A stretch of 64,000 bases of DNA from an uncultured Gammaproteobacteria bacterium (GTDB taxonomy: Bacteria; Pseudomonadota; Gammaproteobacteria; JACCXJ01). The DNA lies in contig CAVXTM010000012.1 of the NCBI GenBank assembly GCA_963764725.1, forward strand, positions 160,001 through 224,000, written 5' to 3'. The translations under genes were made by a program, and so were the position numbers. Shown piece by piece: positions 40,366 to 52,809 of the stretch. Numbering within the stretch: the stretch's first letter is position 1; each line of letters starts with the position of its first letter. The notes under the pieces were generated by a model that saw only the letters and a program-made list of their open reading frames with translations, was not told where the DNA came from and made no database searches.

Positions 40366-41973
40366 ATGACGGGCTCGGCATCCTTGCAAATGGGCGCCAT
40401 TGCCGCGGTCTACCTTCTTTGGTTCGTTAGCTGGCTGGTGCTGGGGCACGAAGCCTTTGGGCCGGCGCGCTACAACTGGGACGAGACCCTGGTGGCGACC
40501 GTCGCAGCCATTGCGGCTTTCAACGCATCTCGGCAAGCCCCCAAGCCGTATCCAGTTTTCCTCATCATGATAGGGATCGGCCTCGCGATGCTCACGGCAT
40601 CGTGGTTCACCTATGACCCCGACGACACTCGCCCTTTTCTTCGCTTTCCCGGACAAGGCGCGCCGAATTACTCGGCAATCAGCTATGCGCTGTTTGTGTT
40701 CGTCTGGGTCTGCGCCTGGGGCTATCTGGCTCTCAAGCAGTGGCAACGGCGGCCTCCATCGGTGCTCACCGGCGTGGTCTTTGCCGTCCTGATCTTCGGT
40801 TTGGCCGTCATCCTCGCGAACTTCTACTATCCGCAATATAGGTCTTCGCTGGATACGATCGCGGGGCGGCTCGACGCCGCCACCTCCGGCCTCGAGTTCG
40901 CCGCACTGGTCATCGGCTTGGCCTGTATTCTGCTCGGTGAGCGGGCCGTGTTGACCTGGATGCTCTTTGCAACGGCGCTGCTAGTGGCGAGCGATATGGC
41001 ATATAGCGAGGCGGATGTTCCCAGCGCCATCGAGCCGGTTTGGATGCTGGGGCAATTTCTGCTGCTGTCCGCTCTGCTCGTTCTTCCCGGTGCGACGGAG
41101 GCTGTCCCGCCTCAGTCGACGACACGATCCTCACTGGAGGAGGTGGCTGCAAGGCAGCGGTCCGGGTTATCGGGGGTTCTCATCCTTCTTTCGCTCGGGG
41201 GTGTGCTCCTATCGGTGGCCGTTGGACTCGTCCCGGTGCACCCGGTTTGGAAGTCGTTTTTCTCTGTCCTGTTTGTGGTGGCGCTGGTGGTGGCCCTGGT
41301 GTGGCTCACGGATCGCTTCGATGAAGCGGTACAGTACCTGAAAACCTACACGACGAGACTGCATCAGAAGCGGCTTCAGACCGAGGATTGGCGAGAAGCG
41401 GATACTCGCATTCGGACTACACTACAATCCACCGGCCTTGGCGTGTACTTGAACTCGCTCTGCGACTCTGCTGGTCGGCTGAGGCAAGACGTTCTGTTTT
41501 TGGGACCCGAGCGTCTTTATCCCGCGCCAAAACTTCCGGGCGCACAAGGCAGAGTTCGCTGTTTCATCGTCATGCCCTTCAGCCTTGAGTGGTCGAACGA
41601 TGTCCACCGCACTTTGTCCGGTGCGTGCAAAGCCACGTCCGTCCAGCCCGTGCGCGGAGACGACGTGTTTACCCCCACCGACATCCTCGTTGATATCTGG
41701 CATAGCATAAACGGCGCAGACTTCGTAATCGCCGACATCACGGGTAGGAACCCGAACGTTCTATACGAACTCGGTATCGCCCACACATTGGCAAAACCTG
41801 TGCTGATCATCTCCCGGAATGCCGCAGATATTCCGATCGACCTCAGCACCCGGCGTATGATCTTATACGGTCAATCAGAGGGCGACTGGCGCGAAGACCT
41901 CGGGATCAAGGTCACCAAGGCGATCAAGGAAATCCTCGGCACGTATAGCTTGAATTGCACAGAGGACGAGTGA
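40366..41973 (+). CDS. multi-TM protein with C-terminal nucleoside 2-deoxyribosyltransferase/TIR-like domain
   Basis: About 10 hydrophobic segments, then CFIVMPF...ADFVIADITGRNPNVLYELGIAH..KPVLII. ATG 40366 follows GTAGGA; the ORF is open from 39928. Confidence 0.7.
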   Translation: MTGSASLQMGAIAAVYLLWFVSWLVLGHEAFGPARYNWDETLVATVAAIAAFNASRQAPKPYPVFLIMIGIGLAMLTASWFTYDPDDTRPFLRFPGQGAPNYSAISYALFVFVWVCAWGYLALKQWQRRPPSVLTGVVFAVLIFGLAVILANFYYPQYRSSLDTIAGRLDAATSGLEFAALVIGLACILLGERAVLTWMLFATALLVASDMAYSEADVPSAIEPVWMLGQFLLLSALLVLPGATEAVPPQSTTRSSLEEVAARQRSGLSGVLILLSLGGVLLSVAVGLVPVHPVWKSFFSVLFVVALVVALVWLTDRFDEAVQYLKTYTTRLHQKRLQTEDWREADTRIRTTLQSTGLGVYLNSLCDSAGRLRQDVLFLGPERLYPAPKLPGAQGRVRCFIVMPFSLEWSNDVHRTLSGACKATSVQPVRGDDVFTPTDILVDIWHSINGADFVIADITGRNPNVLYELGIAHTLAKPVLIISRNAADIPIDLSTRRMILYGQSEGDWREDLGIKVTKAIKEILGTYSLNCTEDE

Positions 41974-42092
41974 AGGCCAAAGGGGATGGCCGGCTCAGGC
42001 GACGGGGCGGTGGGCTAAACCCCGTGCCTGGCAGCAGATCGAATCAGACTACACATCTGAAGTACGAGGGACCCGTTTCGTCAACGAATCCA

Positions 42093-42419
42093 ATGATCAA
42101 AATCAACAACAACTTTTACCTGACTATCGCAGTGGCCGTGAGCATCGGCATTTTTTTTGTGGCCGGACAGATAAGCGGAACGCTGAACGGCACCGGCCTG
42201 CACTCGATTGCACATATTGCTGCCTATGCTATTCTCGGAGCCTGCTTCGCCAAGGGCCTGCCGCGTTCTACCGTGGTCATGGTAACGCTTCTAACTGCGG
42301 GCATCGGTGGTCTGCACGAACTCTATGAAGTCGGGAGGTACGGCATCGATCTCGAACTTCACGACCTGTTTTATGACATAGTCGGCGCCTTTGCCGGCGC
42401 GCTTCTTGTCAGTCGGTAG
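42093..42419 (+). CDS. VanZ-like membrane protein
   Basis: AHIAAYAILG...GGLHELYE...DLFYDIVGA. Confidence 0.6.
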   Translation: MIKINNNFYLTIAVAVSIGIFFVAGQISGTLNGTGLHSIAHIAAYAILGACFAKGLPRSTVVMVTLLTAGIGGLHELYEVGRYGIDLELHDLFYDIVGAFAGALLVSR

Positions 42420-42544
42420 AGAATCCGCCTTTCTCCAACGCCTCGGCCAACTCCATGGTTTGACAACCCCCTCAGCGCGAGCGCATCCTGCAGTCGCCAT
42501 GCACGGCGAGGTACAGTGGGTTATCCAAAACAGAGAAGATTCTT

Positions 42545-43528
42545 ATGCCACGCGTAGTGCGTTTCCATCAAACCGGCGGCCCCGAAGTTTGCAAATCGAA
42601 ACCATCGACGTGCCGCCGCCGGGCGCCGGCGAGGTTCGGATTGCAGTCAAAGCGTTGGGCTTGAACCGCGCCGAGTCGATGTTCCGATTAGGCCAGTATC
42701 TTGAGCAACCTACCTTCCCCGCACGGCTGGGTTACGAAGCCGCGGGAACCGTCGAAGCGGTCGGACCGGGTGTTAGGGCTTAAAGCCCGGCGATGCCGTG
42801 AGCACGGTGCCGGCATTCTCGCAAAATCAATACGGTGTCTACGGCGACGGGCACTGTACCGGCCGCGGCAGTCGCAAAGCATCCCCCTTCCTTATCTTGG
42901 ACCGAAGCGGCCGCGATCTGGATGCAATACCTGACGGCCTATGGCGCCTGATCGAAATCGCCAGACTGGGTGCAGGCGACACAGTGCTCATTCCGGCGGC
43001 CTCGAGCAGTGTTGGCATCGCGGCGATTCAAATCGCTAGTATGGTCGGCGCAACGCCCATCGCGCTAACCCGCAAACACGACAAGCGCACCGCGCTCACA
43101 AAACTGGGAGCAGCTCATGTAATCGCCACCCAGGAGCAGGATGTCGTCGCAGAAGTCGACAAACTGACCGAGGGCCAAGGTGCTGAGTGGTATTCGACCC
43201 CGTCGGCGGCCCCAATGTCGCCAAGCTGATGGCGGCAATGTCTCGGCTAGGCATTTTGTTTCAATATGGTGCTCTCAGCCCGGAACCAACTGTTCTGCCG
43301 GTAATCGATCTGCTCGGCAAATCGCTTACCGTTCGTGGCTATGTCCTGTTCGAGATCACCGGCGACCCGGCCAGCCTCGAGCGCGGCAAGGAATTTGTGG
43401 TCAGCGGTCTGGCGTTGGGCAAGCTCAAGCCGGTCATCGCGAAGACATTTACTTTTGATCAGATCGTTGATGCGCACCGGTTCTTGGAGTCGAACCAACA
43501 AATCGGAAAGATTGTGGTCACCGTGTGA
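42545..43528 (+). pseudogene. NADPH:quinone reductase / MDR-family dehydrogenase with several frameshifts
   Basis: MPRVVRFHQTGGPEV, GLNRAE, LGYEAAG, AASSSVGIAAIQ, FDPVGG and ESNQQIGKIVV are spread over several frames. Confidence 0.8.
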
Positions 43529-43908
43529 TCGCAATCAGCGGTTGTTGTTGTTCACGTTTCCCTTCAAGGTTTCTCCTCATTCGTGTTTGGGATGAAGCGA
43601 AGCCATTGGTCTTGATTCATAAGCTTATCCATCGACTGCGCAGTTTCACATGCGAAAGTGAGTGTCGCTTTCAGCTCTAAACGACGTCCGGCAGCGTTAA
43701 GGCTTGTTAGACGGCTGCCCGGTTAGTGCTTTGCCACGCATCATGCGCTCGCTGCACGGGCAGACATCTAACAACCCTTAACGAATTGCGACTCTCAGTG
43801 ATCTGCTTCCGTCACAAGCGGTGGCGGGTTTCGGGCGGTGTGCACAATTGCCTTGAGGCGCTGCCTACGGACCTGCCGCGGACGCGCGCAACGAGCAGTG
43901 GCAATCTT

Positions 43909-45964
<2,056 letters not shown>

Positions 45965-46168
45965 GGCTCCTCCTGTCAGGGCTTGTGAAAATTTCTACTG
46001 CGCTCGGCATCTCGCGTTGCATCTAGGCGCGCGAGGCCGGCAACATCCCTGTGCCGCGCTTTCGCTGGCGCTCGGGTACTCGTCCCTGGGCCTGGCTTTT
46101 CGGCGGTGCTCGGAATCCTCATTGTCGAAGATCGTCGGGTTCGAGGTCAGGCCGGTCATCGAGAACTC

Positions 46169-47560
46169 CTAGCACGGCGCGGTCTCCTCGGGCTTCGGAT
46201 CGTGCCAACCCTCGTCGCCGCTCACGATGCGCGCCGCGACGGCCGGTCCCCAGGTGCCGGGCTCGTACTCGTGCACAGGCTCGGCATTGCCGAGCACCGG
46301 GTCGATTACTCGCCACGCCGCTTCCACGCTGTCGTCGCGCGTGAATAGCGAGGGATCACCGCGCAGCGCATCGCGCAGCAGGCGCTCGTACGGCAAGTTG
46401 TCGCTGCGCGGCTGACGGCGGGCGATCAGCTCCACCGGCTCGCCGCGCATTGCCTCGCCGGGCAGCTTGACCCGCGCACCAGTCGAGATCACCACCTCGG
46501 GGCTGAGCCGGAAGCGGAAATAGTTCGAGGTCGCCAGGCTGATCTCGTCGAAAATCGGCAGCGGCGGGCATTTCAGATTCACCATGACTTCGGTGGCGGT
46601 GATCGGCAGGCATTTGCCGGCGCGGATGTAAAACGGCACGCCAGCCCAGCGCCAGGTGTCGATGTGCAGGCACAGCGCTACGAAGGTCTCGATCCGCGAA
46701 TCCGCGGTCACGCCCACCTCGTCGCGATAGCCGCAGAACTGGCCGCGCACCACCTGGACCGGATCCAGCGGCCGCATCGCGCGGAACAGCCGCAGCTTCT
46801 CGGCGCGCATGGACTCGGGATCGCGCCCGACCGGCGCATCCATCGCCAGCAGCGCGATCACCTGCAGCAGGTGGTTCTGCACCACGTCGCGGATCGTGCC
46901 GACTTCGTCGTAGAACGCGCCGCGGCCCTGCACGCCGAAGCTCTCGGCCATCGTGATCTGCACGTTGTAGACGTAGTGGCGGTTCCAGATCGGATCGAGG
47001 AAGGCGTTGGCGAAGCGGAAGTACAACAGGTTCTGTACCGCCTCCTTGCCCAGATAGTGATCGATCCGGAACACCGCCGATTCCTGGAAGACCTCGTGCA
47101 GCGTGCGGTTGAGCGCCTGCGCGGAGGCGAGGTCGCGACCGAACGGCTTTTCGACGATGACCCGGGCATCTTTGGCACCGCCAGCGTTCGCGAGCCCCTG
47201 CACCACGGTGCCGAACATGCTGGGCGGAATCGCGAGGTAATTCAGCGGGCGCGCGGCGCCGCCCAGAGCCTGCTTCAGGCGCTCGTAGGTTGCGGGATCC
47301 CGGTAGTCGCCGTCGACGTACTTCAGTTGCGCCGACAGCCTGGCGAACGCATCCGCGTCGACGCCGCCGTTTTGCTCCAGGCTGTCGCGCGCGCGCTCGC
47401 GTAGCTTGTCCAGCGTCCAGCCGGAGCGGCCCATGCCAATGACCGGCATGTCCAACTCGCCGCGCCGGATCATCGCCTGCAGCGCGGGAAAGATCTTCTT
47501 GTGGGCCAGGTCGCCAGTGGCGCCAAAGAAAACGAAGGCGTCGGAACTGGATATCGTCAT
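46169..47560 (-). CDS. zwf: glucose-6-phosphate 1-dehydrogenase
   Basis: [29 protein letters not shown] and [10 protein letters not shown]. Confidence 0.95.
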   Translation of the reverse strand: MTISSSDAFVFFGATGDLAHKKIFPALQAMIRRGELDMPVIGMGRSGWTLDKLRERARDSLEQNGGVDADAFARLSAQLKYVDGDYRDPATYERLKQALGGAARPLNYLAIPPSMFGTVVQGLANAGGAKDARVIVEKPFGRDLASAQALNRTLHEVFQESAVFRIDHYLGKEAVQNLLYFRFANAFLDPIWNRHYVYNVQITMAESFGVQGRGAFYDEVGTIRDVVQNHLLQVIALLAMDAPVGRDPESMRAEKLRLFRAMRPLDPVQVVRGQFCGYRDEVGVTADSRIETFVALCLHIDTWRWAGVPFYIRAGKCLPITATEVMVNLKCPPLPIFDEISLATSNYFRFRLSPEVVISTGARVKLPGEAMRGEPVELIARRQPRSDNLPYERLLRDALRGDPSLFTRDDSVEAAWRVIDPVLGNAEPVHEYEPGTWGPAVAARIVSGDEGWHDPKPEETAPC

Positions 47561-47709
47561 CTCGATCCGTCCTCTCCGCGGTCGGCATCGGCGCGTCTAT
47601 GCAACGACGGCAGCGGGTACTGACGATCTGACGCCATCACGGGCCAGCGAGCACAGTTGATTGTCTCCTCGACCCAGGGCTCCCGATGATCGTCAATCAA
47701 TGGGATGCC

Positions 47710-48226
47710 CTACCCGCTCTGTTCGCGCGGTAGCAGGAGGTCCTCGATAAAGAAGGCGGAAAGCGCCGCTCGCCCACTGAGATTCGCCTTCCCATAGATT
47801 GCTTGCGCCTGCTGGCGAATCGTCCGCTCGCTGGTGTCATGCGCGAGCACAATCTCCTTGTGACTGAGACAGGAGCGCTATCTCCCGTTCGGCGGCCGTC
47901 AACTGCCAGCGATCGAACTGAGAGTCGATGGCCGAACCGAGGCCCTTCAGCAGCTCGCGCATGTCGGCCTGCCACTGCGCCCCCTCGGCGCGCGCCACAT
48001 CGAGATCCCGCATCAGCGAGAGCTGTTCCAGGTGCTGACGTTGCATGCGTCCGAGCAGGTGCACCACTCCCGCCACGGCCAGCACGATGAGGACGGGCTC
48101 GGCAAGCTCCATGAGGATCTGGCCCGGCGTCATGTCGGGCTCCTCTATGATCTCGATGGTCATCAGGCCCGCGATGATGCCGGCCACGGCCCAGATCGGG
48201 TTCCACGCTCTTCGTAATATCTGCAT
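47710..48226 (-). pseudogene. membrane-anchored LuxR-type HTH regulator, frameshift/small deletion at ~47870
   Basis: Two TM helices and FDRWQLTAAEREIALL. The shifted frame gives LSHKEI...TSERTIRQQAQAIYGKANLSGRAALSAFFIEDLL*. Confidence 0.75.
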
Positions 48227-48305
48227 TGCTGTTCACCTCCGCCCCGGCTGAGCGGCGGTTGCTGATCTTAATTCTAAGCTTGCACGGGTCTGCGATGCTA
48301 ACGGA

Positions 48306-48340
48306 GCCGGACCGGGCGGCTCGCAACCGCCCGGTCCGGC
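48306..48340. terminator. perfect 14-bp GC-rich hairpin
   Basis: GCCGGACCGGGCGG-CTCGCAA-CCGCCCGGTCCGGC, just downstream of the 48358-49317 gene. Confidence 0.5.
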
Positions 48341-48357
48341 ACTTCAGTGACTCACGG

Positions 48358-49317
48358 TCAGCATAGGGAGCAACCGACCAACTCGAGCCTCTCGCCCGTC
48401 TCCGGATCCACCTCGAGCACGAACCCGATGCCCGGAACGTAGAATTTGAACTCCACGGCTCCGGGTTCGATCGGAACGAAGTCCCGGGTTTTGAGAACCG
48501 GACGCCCGTTCGCGAAAGGGACGATTTCCTGGGCCTTCAGGCGCAATACCTCGACCACGTCCTCAGCCTCGTTGTTGAGCGCATACTCTTGCCGGTAGAA
48601 CTCGCCCTTCCGCGGTTTCGCCTTGACCCAGAAGCCCGGCTTAGCGCCGTCCTTGCCTGCCTCCCAAGAGCCATCGAGGCTCGCGAGCAGACCATCCTCA
48701 AAGCTCTTGGAGATCTCGCCGAAATACCAGACGTTCCCAGCCTTGTCCTGAGCCACCCAATCGATGGTGTCTTCGATCACCTCGCCGTCCAGCGTGACAG
48801 TGTCTCGAAGGGTGGTCACGGTGACGCCCAGGATCTTCCGCCGCTTCTTGAGCACTTTGACGCGGATCCGCTCCAGCCCATTTTCGGTCTGCTTCTCATA
48901 TTCCCACCACATTCCCGGCGTGAACGGTGCGTAGGGATTGGTGATTTTAGAGACAAAGTTCACCGGAGCGATGACCGGGTCGTACGGGCCGGGACCGAGC
49001 TCTGCACAGACCTCGTCGCGGGTCTCTCGAATATCTCTGCACTCTTCCAAGGCCTCCGAACGAGCCTCTCGCGTGGCGCGCATGCAGGTCTCCAAGGCCT
49101 GGCGGTCACTCAGGTTCAAGCAAATTGCGGTTCCGACTCGGTAGTCGTCGCCAGCCTCAAGCTGGCATGCCTTCAAGAGCTGCCCCGTCGTCTGCCCGCA
49201 GATGTTCGGGCCCGCGCCCGCCGCCAGCGCCCCTCCGGGGCAGAGTCCAATGAGGGCGCAGGCTACAGCCAGGAGCACCGCACGCCCCTCTCTCCAGTCA
49301 TTTCGTGTCGAAATCAT
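48358..49317 (-). CDS. secreted hypothetical protein with Cys-rich N-terminal domain
   Basis: Signal peptide, six Cys in the N-domain, ITNPYAP..PG, AQDKAGNVWYFGE and SWEAGKDGAKPG. RBS GGAGG. Confidence 0.7.
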   Translation of the reverse strand: MISTRNDWREGRAVLLAVACALIGLCPGGALAAGAGPNICGQTTGQLLKACQLEAGDDYRVGTAICLNLSDRQALETCMRATREARSEALEECRDIRETRDEVCAELGPGPYDPVIAPVNFVSKITNPYAPFTPGMWWEYEKQTENGLERIRVKVLKKRRKILGVTVTTLRDTVTLDGEVIEDTIDWVAQDKAGNVWYFGEISKSFEDGLLASLDGSWEAGKDGAKPGFWVKAKPRKGEFYRQEYALNNEAEDVVEVLRLKAQEIVPFANGRPVLKTRDFVPIEPGAVEFKFYVPGIGFVLEVDPETGERLELVGCSLC

Positions 49318-49330
49318 CTTACACCTCCAG

Positions 49331-49955
49331 TTGAATCACCCCCGGCAAAGCCGGGGGCTTATTGGGTGAGCGCCTCAAAGGCGCCATAACAGCATGAGCC
49401 GCCCAAGGCGGCGGGTCTACATTCCAAGCTTCATCTGCTCGTAGCGCTCGTCTTCTTCCTCTTGGTTGCGTATGTAGGCTCGGACCATGTTTTCCTCCAA
49501 ACCCACCGTGGAGACGAAGTAACCGCGTGCCCAAAAGTTCTCACCGGCGAAATTGCGCTGTCGGCCACCAAACGTTCTGGCTATCTGAATAGCACTCTTC
49601 CCCTTGATGTATCCGACCACATTCGCCACCGCATACTTCGGCGGAATACTCAGACACACATGCACGTGATCCCCCATCAGGTGCCCTTCGACGATCTTCG
49701 ATTCCTTGTGCCTCGCTAGCTCGTGGAATATCTCCCCCAACTGTCGACGCAGCACCCCGAATATCCGCTTCTTCCTTCGCTTCGGTATAAACACTACGTG
49801 ATATTTGCAGTCCATCTCGAGAAAACTCTGATATTCTTTCATCTGTGAATCCCTCTTCTCTTGGCGGAGATCGGAGATTCACACCGACCGTAGTACAGGT
49901 CAAACCACGGTGAGTCCCCCGGCAAAGCCTGGCAAAGCCGGGGGCTTACCTCACT
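49331..49955 (-). mobile_element. IS200/IS605 family element (tnpA only)
   Basis: Subterminal hairpins CCCCCGGCAAAGCCGGGGG at both ends. The right end reads ...GATTCAA on the minus strand. The left boundary is approximate. Confidence 0.85.
49417..49842 (-). CDS. tnpA: IS200/IS605 HUH (Y1) transposase
   Basis: CKYHVVFIPK, HUH motif DHVH, IKGKS, FWARGYFVSTVG and catalytic YIRNQ. Confidence 0.9.
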   Translation of the reverse strand: MKEYQSFLEMDCKYHVVFIPKRRKKRIFGVLRRQLGEIFHELARHKESKIVEGHLMGDHVHVCLSIPPKYAVANVVGYIKGKSAIQIARTFGGRQRNFAGENFWARGYFVSTVGLEENMVRAYIRNQEEEDERYEQMKLGM

Positions 49956-50294
49956 GAGTTATTCATATGTCAGTAGCCCGAGGAGCACGGAACGCGCCTC
50001 AGGATGCGCGTCCGCTACCACCTCGGCCCTAGCAGAGTGCGGCCTCCCCAGGGTTTGCGCCATCCGACAAGTGACCCATGCCGGGCTGGACAACCTCGGC
50101 CGTCCACCGGATTTTTGGGTCCCGGCGGCGAAAGGCCGATGCATCTGCTACCGGCCCCCTTTATTTCGGCCCCTTCCTTTCCAAAATATCACGCGTCACG
50201 CGGCTGACTATCCCGGCGACGGTTGCCAGGGTGTAGACTTCAGGAACCCCCGGGGACTCAGGCCTAAAACAAGCCCAGGGCATCGCATAGAGCC

Positions 50295-51212
50295 ATGTTC
50301 ATCCGCCAACTCCAATACCTCGTGGCGCTGGCCAGGACGCGCCACTTCGCGCGCGCCGCAGAGCTGTGCCACGTCTCGCAGCCGGCCCTGTCGGCGGCCA
50401 TTCAGCACCTCGAGGAAGAGCTAGGCATCGCCATCGTTCGTCGTGATCAGCGCTTCCAGGGCCTCACCCCGGAAGGCGAACGGCTCCTCGGCTGGGCACA
50501 GCGCGTCCTGGCCGACTGGGAGGGGCTGCGGCAGGAGGCGACGCGCTCGCGCGGTGAGATCACCGGAACCTTGCGCATCGGCACCATCCCCACCACGATG
50601 CCGGTCGTCCCATTGCTCACCTCGCAGAGCCGGGCGGCTTATCCCGGCATCCACCAGGCGGTCTTCTCGCTCTCCGCCGAAGAGATCATCCGCAAGCTCG
50701 ACGTTTTCGAGTTGGACCTCGGTCTCACCTACCTCGAAGACCAACGGCTGGGCGGTTTCCGCGTTCTTGCCTTGTACCGGGAGCGCTACCTGTTGCTGGC
50801 ACCGAACCGTGGGGCGTTTCGCGGGCGGGCAGCAATGACTTGGTCCGAGGCTGCCGAGCTGCCTCTTTGCCTGCTCACCCCCAATATGCAGAACCGCCGC
50901 ATCATCGACGCGGCCTTCCGGCAGGCGGGGACCGCACCGAATGTTGCGGTCGAGACCGACTCTGCCTTTGCGCTCTATTCCCACGTCCGCTGCGCCGGGC
51001 TGCACACTATCGTGCCCCACAGCATCCTGTTCCTCCTCGACCTGCGCGAAGAGGTCACCGCCATCCCCTTGTCCCCGGAGTTGTCGCGGCCCATTGGGCT
51101 TATCGCGCTCGGCCGTGAGCCGCCACCACCGCTCATTGCCGCCGTCTGGGAGGTGTTTGCGGGCCTCGAACTCCAGAGCCGCTTCGATACGCTGATAAGC
51201 CCCGCAAATTGA
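50295..51212 (+). CDS. LysR family regulator
   Basis: RQLQYLVALA..HFARAAELCHVSQPALS HTH. Lies directly upstream of fdh. Confidence 0.9.
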   Translation: MFIRQLQYLVALARTRHFARAAELCHVSQPALSAAIQHLEEELGIAIVRRDQRFQGLTPEGERLLGWAQRVLADWEGLRQEATRSRGEITGTLRIGTIPTTMPVVPLLTSQSRAAYPGIHQAVFSLSAEEIIRKLDVFELDLGLTYLEDQRLGGFRVLALYRERYLLLAPNRGAFRGRAAMTWSEAAELPLCLLTPNMQNRRIIDAAFRQAGTAPNVAVETDSAFALYSHVRCAGLHTIVPHSILFLLDLREEVTAIPLSPELSRPIGLIALGREPPPPLIAAVWEVFAGLELQSRFDTLISPAN

Positions 51213-51343
51213 CCCATCCAAACAAACGATTAGACCGACCGGCCGTCCACGCCTGAGGATCTCGCACACCGATAGCCCCGGGACAAGCACAGGGCTTATG
51301 CCCTTAATTCTTTCACGATTCTAAGAACTATAGGAGGTCCATC

Positions 51344-52546
51344 ATGGCCAAGGTTGTTTGCGTGCTTTATGACGATCCCGTTACCGGTTACCCGAAATCC
51401 TACGCCCGCGATGATGTCCCCAAGCTCGAGCGCTACCCTGACGGGCAGAGCCTGCCCACTCCCAAGGGCATCGATTTCCAGCCTGGTCAACTGCTAGGCA
51501 GCGTCTCGGGTGCTCTCGGCCTGCGCAAGTTCCTGGAAGGGAACGGTCACAAGCTCGTCGTCACCTCGGACAAGGACGGTCCCGACTCGGTCCTGGAACG
51601 GGAGTTGCCCGATGCGGACATCGTCATCTCGCAGCCCTTCTGGCCGGCCTACATGACCGCGGCGCGCATCGCCAAGTCACCGAAGCTCAAGCTCATCGTC
51701 ACCGCCGGCATCGGTTCGGACCATACCGATCTGCAGGCGGCGATCGAACGCGGGATCACGGTGGCCGAGGTCACCTATTGCAACAGCATCAGCGTCTCTG
51801 AGCACGTGGTGATGATGATCCTCTCGCTCGTGCGCAACTACATCCCCTCATATCAGTGGGTGATCGACAAGGGCTGGAACATCGCCGACTGCGTCGCGCG
51901 TTCGTATGATCTCGAAGGCATGGCGGTCGGGACCGTGGCGGCCGGGCGCATCGGCCTCGCCGTGCTGCGCAGGCTCAAACCCTTCGATGTCAAGCTCCAC
52001 TACACCGATCGACATCGTCTCTCACCGGACATCGAACGGGAACTAGGCCTCACCTTCCATGCCAACACGGAGTCGATGGTGCGGGTCTGCGATGTGGTCA
52101 CCATCAACTGCCCGCTGCACCCGGAGACCGAACATCTCTTCAACGAAGCGCTGATCGGCAAAATGAAGCGCGGCGCCTATATCGTCAACACCGCGCGCGG
52201 TAAGATCTGCGATCGCGATGCGATCGCCCGCGCGCTCGAGAGCGGTCGGCTGGCCGGTTACGCTGGGGACGTGTGGTTTCCGCAGCCGCCTCCCAAGGAC
52301 CACCCATGGCGCACCATGCCCCACCACGGCATGACCCCGCACATCTCTGGCACCAGCCTCTCGGCGCAAGCGCGCTACGCGGCCGGCGTGCGCGAGATCC
52401 TGGAGTGCTGGTTCGAAGGCCGACCCATCCGCAACGAGTACCTGGTCGTCGATGGCGGCAAGCTTGCCGGTGTCGGCGCGCACTCCTACAGCGCCGGCGA
52501 CGCTACGGGCGGGTCCGACGAAGCGGCCCGCTTCAAGCGGGCCTAA
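51344..52546 (+). CDS. fdh: NAD-dependent formate dehydrogenase
   Basis: MAKVVCVLYDDP, SQPFWPAY, AGIGSDH, AAGRIG, YTDRH (Asp indicating NAD preference), GDVWFPQP and TPHISG. Confidence 0.95.
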   Translation: MAKVVCVLYDDPVTGYPKSYARDDVPKLERYPDGQSLPTPKGIDFQPGQLLGSVSGALGLRKFLEGNGHKLVVTSDKDGPDSVLERELPDADIVISQPFWPAYMTAARIAKSPKLKLIVTAGIGSDHTDLQAAIERGITVAEVTYCNSISVSEHVVMMILSLVRNYIPSYQWVIDKGWNIADCVARSYDLEGMAVGTVAAGRIGLAVLRRLKPFDVKLHYTDRHRLSPDIERELGLTFHANTESMVRVCDVVTINCPLHPETEHLFNEALIGKMKRGAYIVNTARGKICDRDAIARALESGRLAGYAGDVWFPQPPPKDHPWRTMPHHGMTPHISGTSLSAQARYAAGVREILECWFEGRPIRNEYLVVDGGKLAGVGAHSYSAGDATGGSDEAARFKRA

Positions 52547-52809
52547 AGGTTCGATTCCCGGCGCCTTACGAGCAGCAGCGCAGCGAGCGCCGGGATGGCG
52601 AACCCGCTGACGGACGATCGCGGGTACAGCAAGTCATCCGGCCGGGCCGACGGGATTTCCCGTCGGCCCGGCCGGATCGCACGTCGTACGAAAGACCGCG
52701 TCGCTCTTGCCATGTCACGCCATAGGCCCTCCTTCCATTAACAGATTCAATTCACTGCGCTCCACGCTACCGATTAGGAGCGAGATCGGTCGATAAAGCC
52801 GCGCTAAGC

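Noticed and set aside
46356-47588. Long alternative-frame and antisense ORFs over zwf, tkt, the LinD-like gene and lysR
   Set aside because: Arg/Ala/Pro-rich shadow ORFs are expected in high-GC coding DNA, and they carry no motifs.
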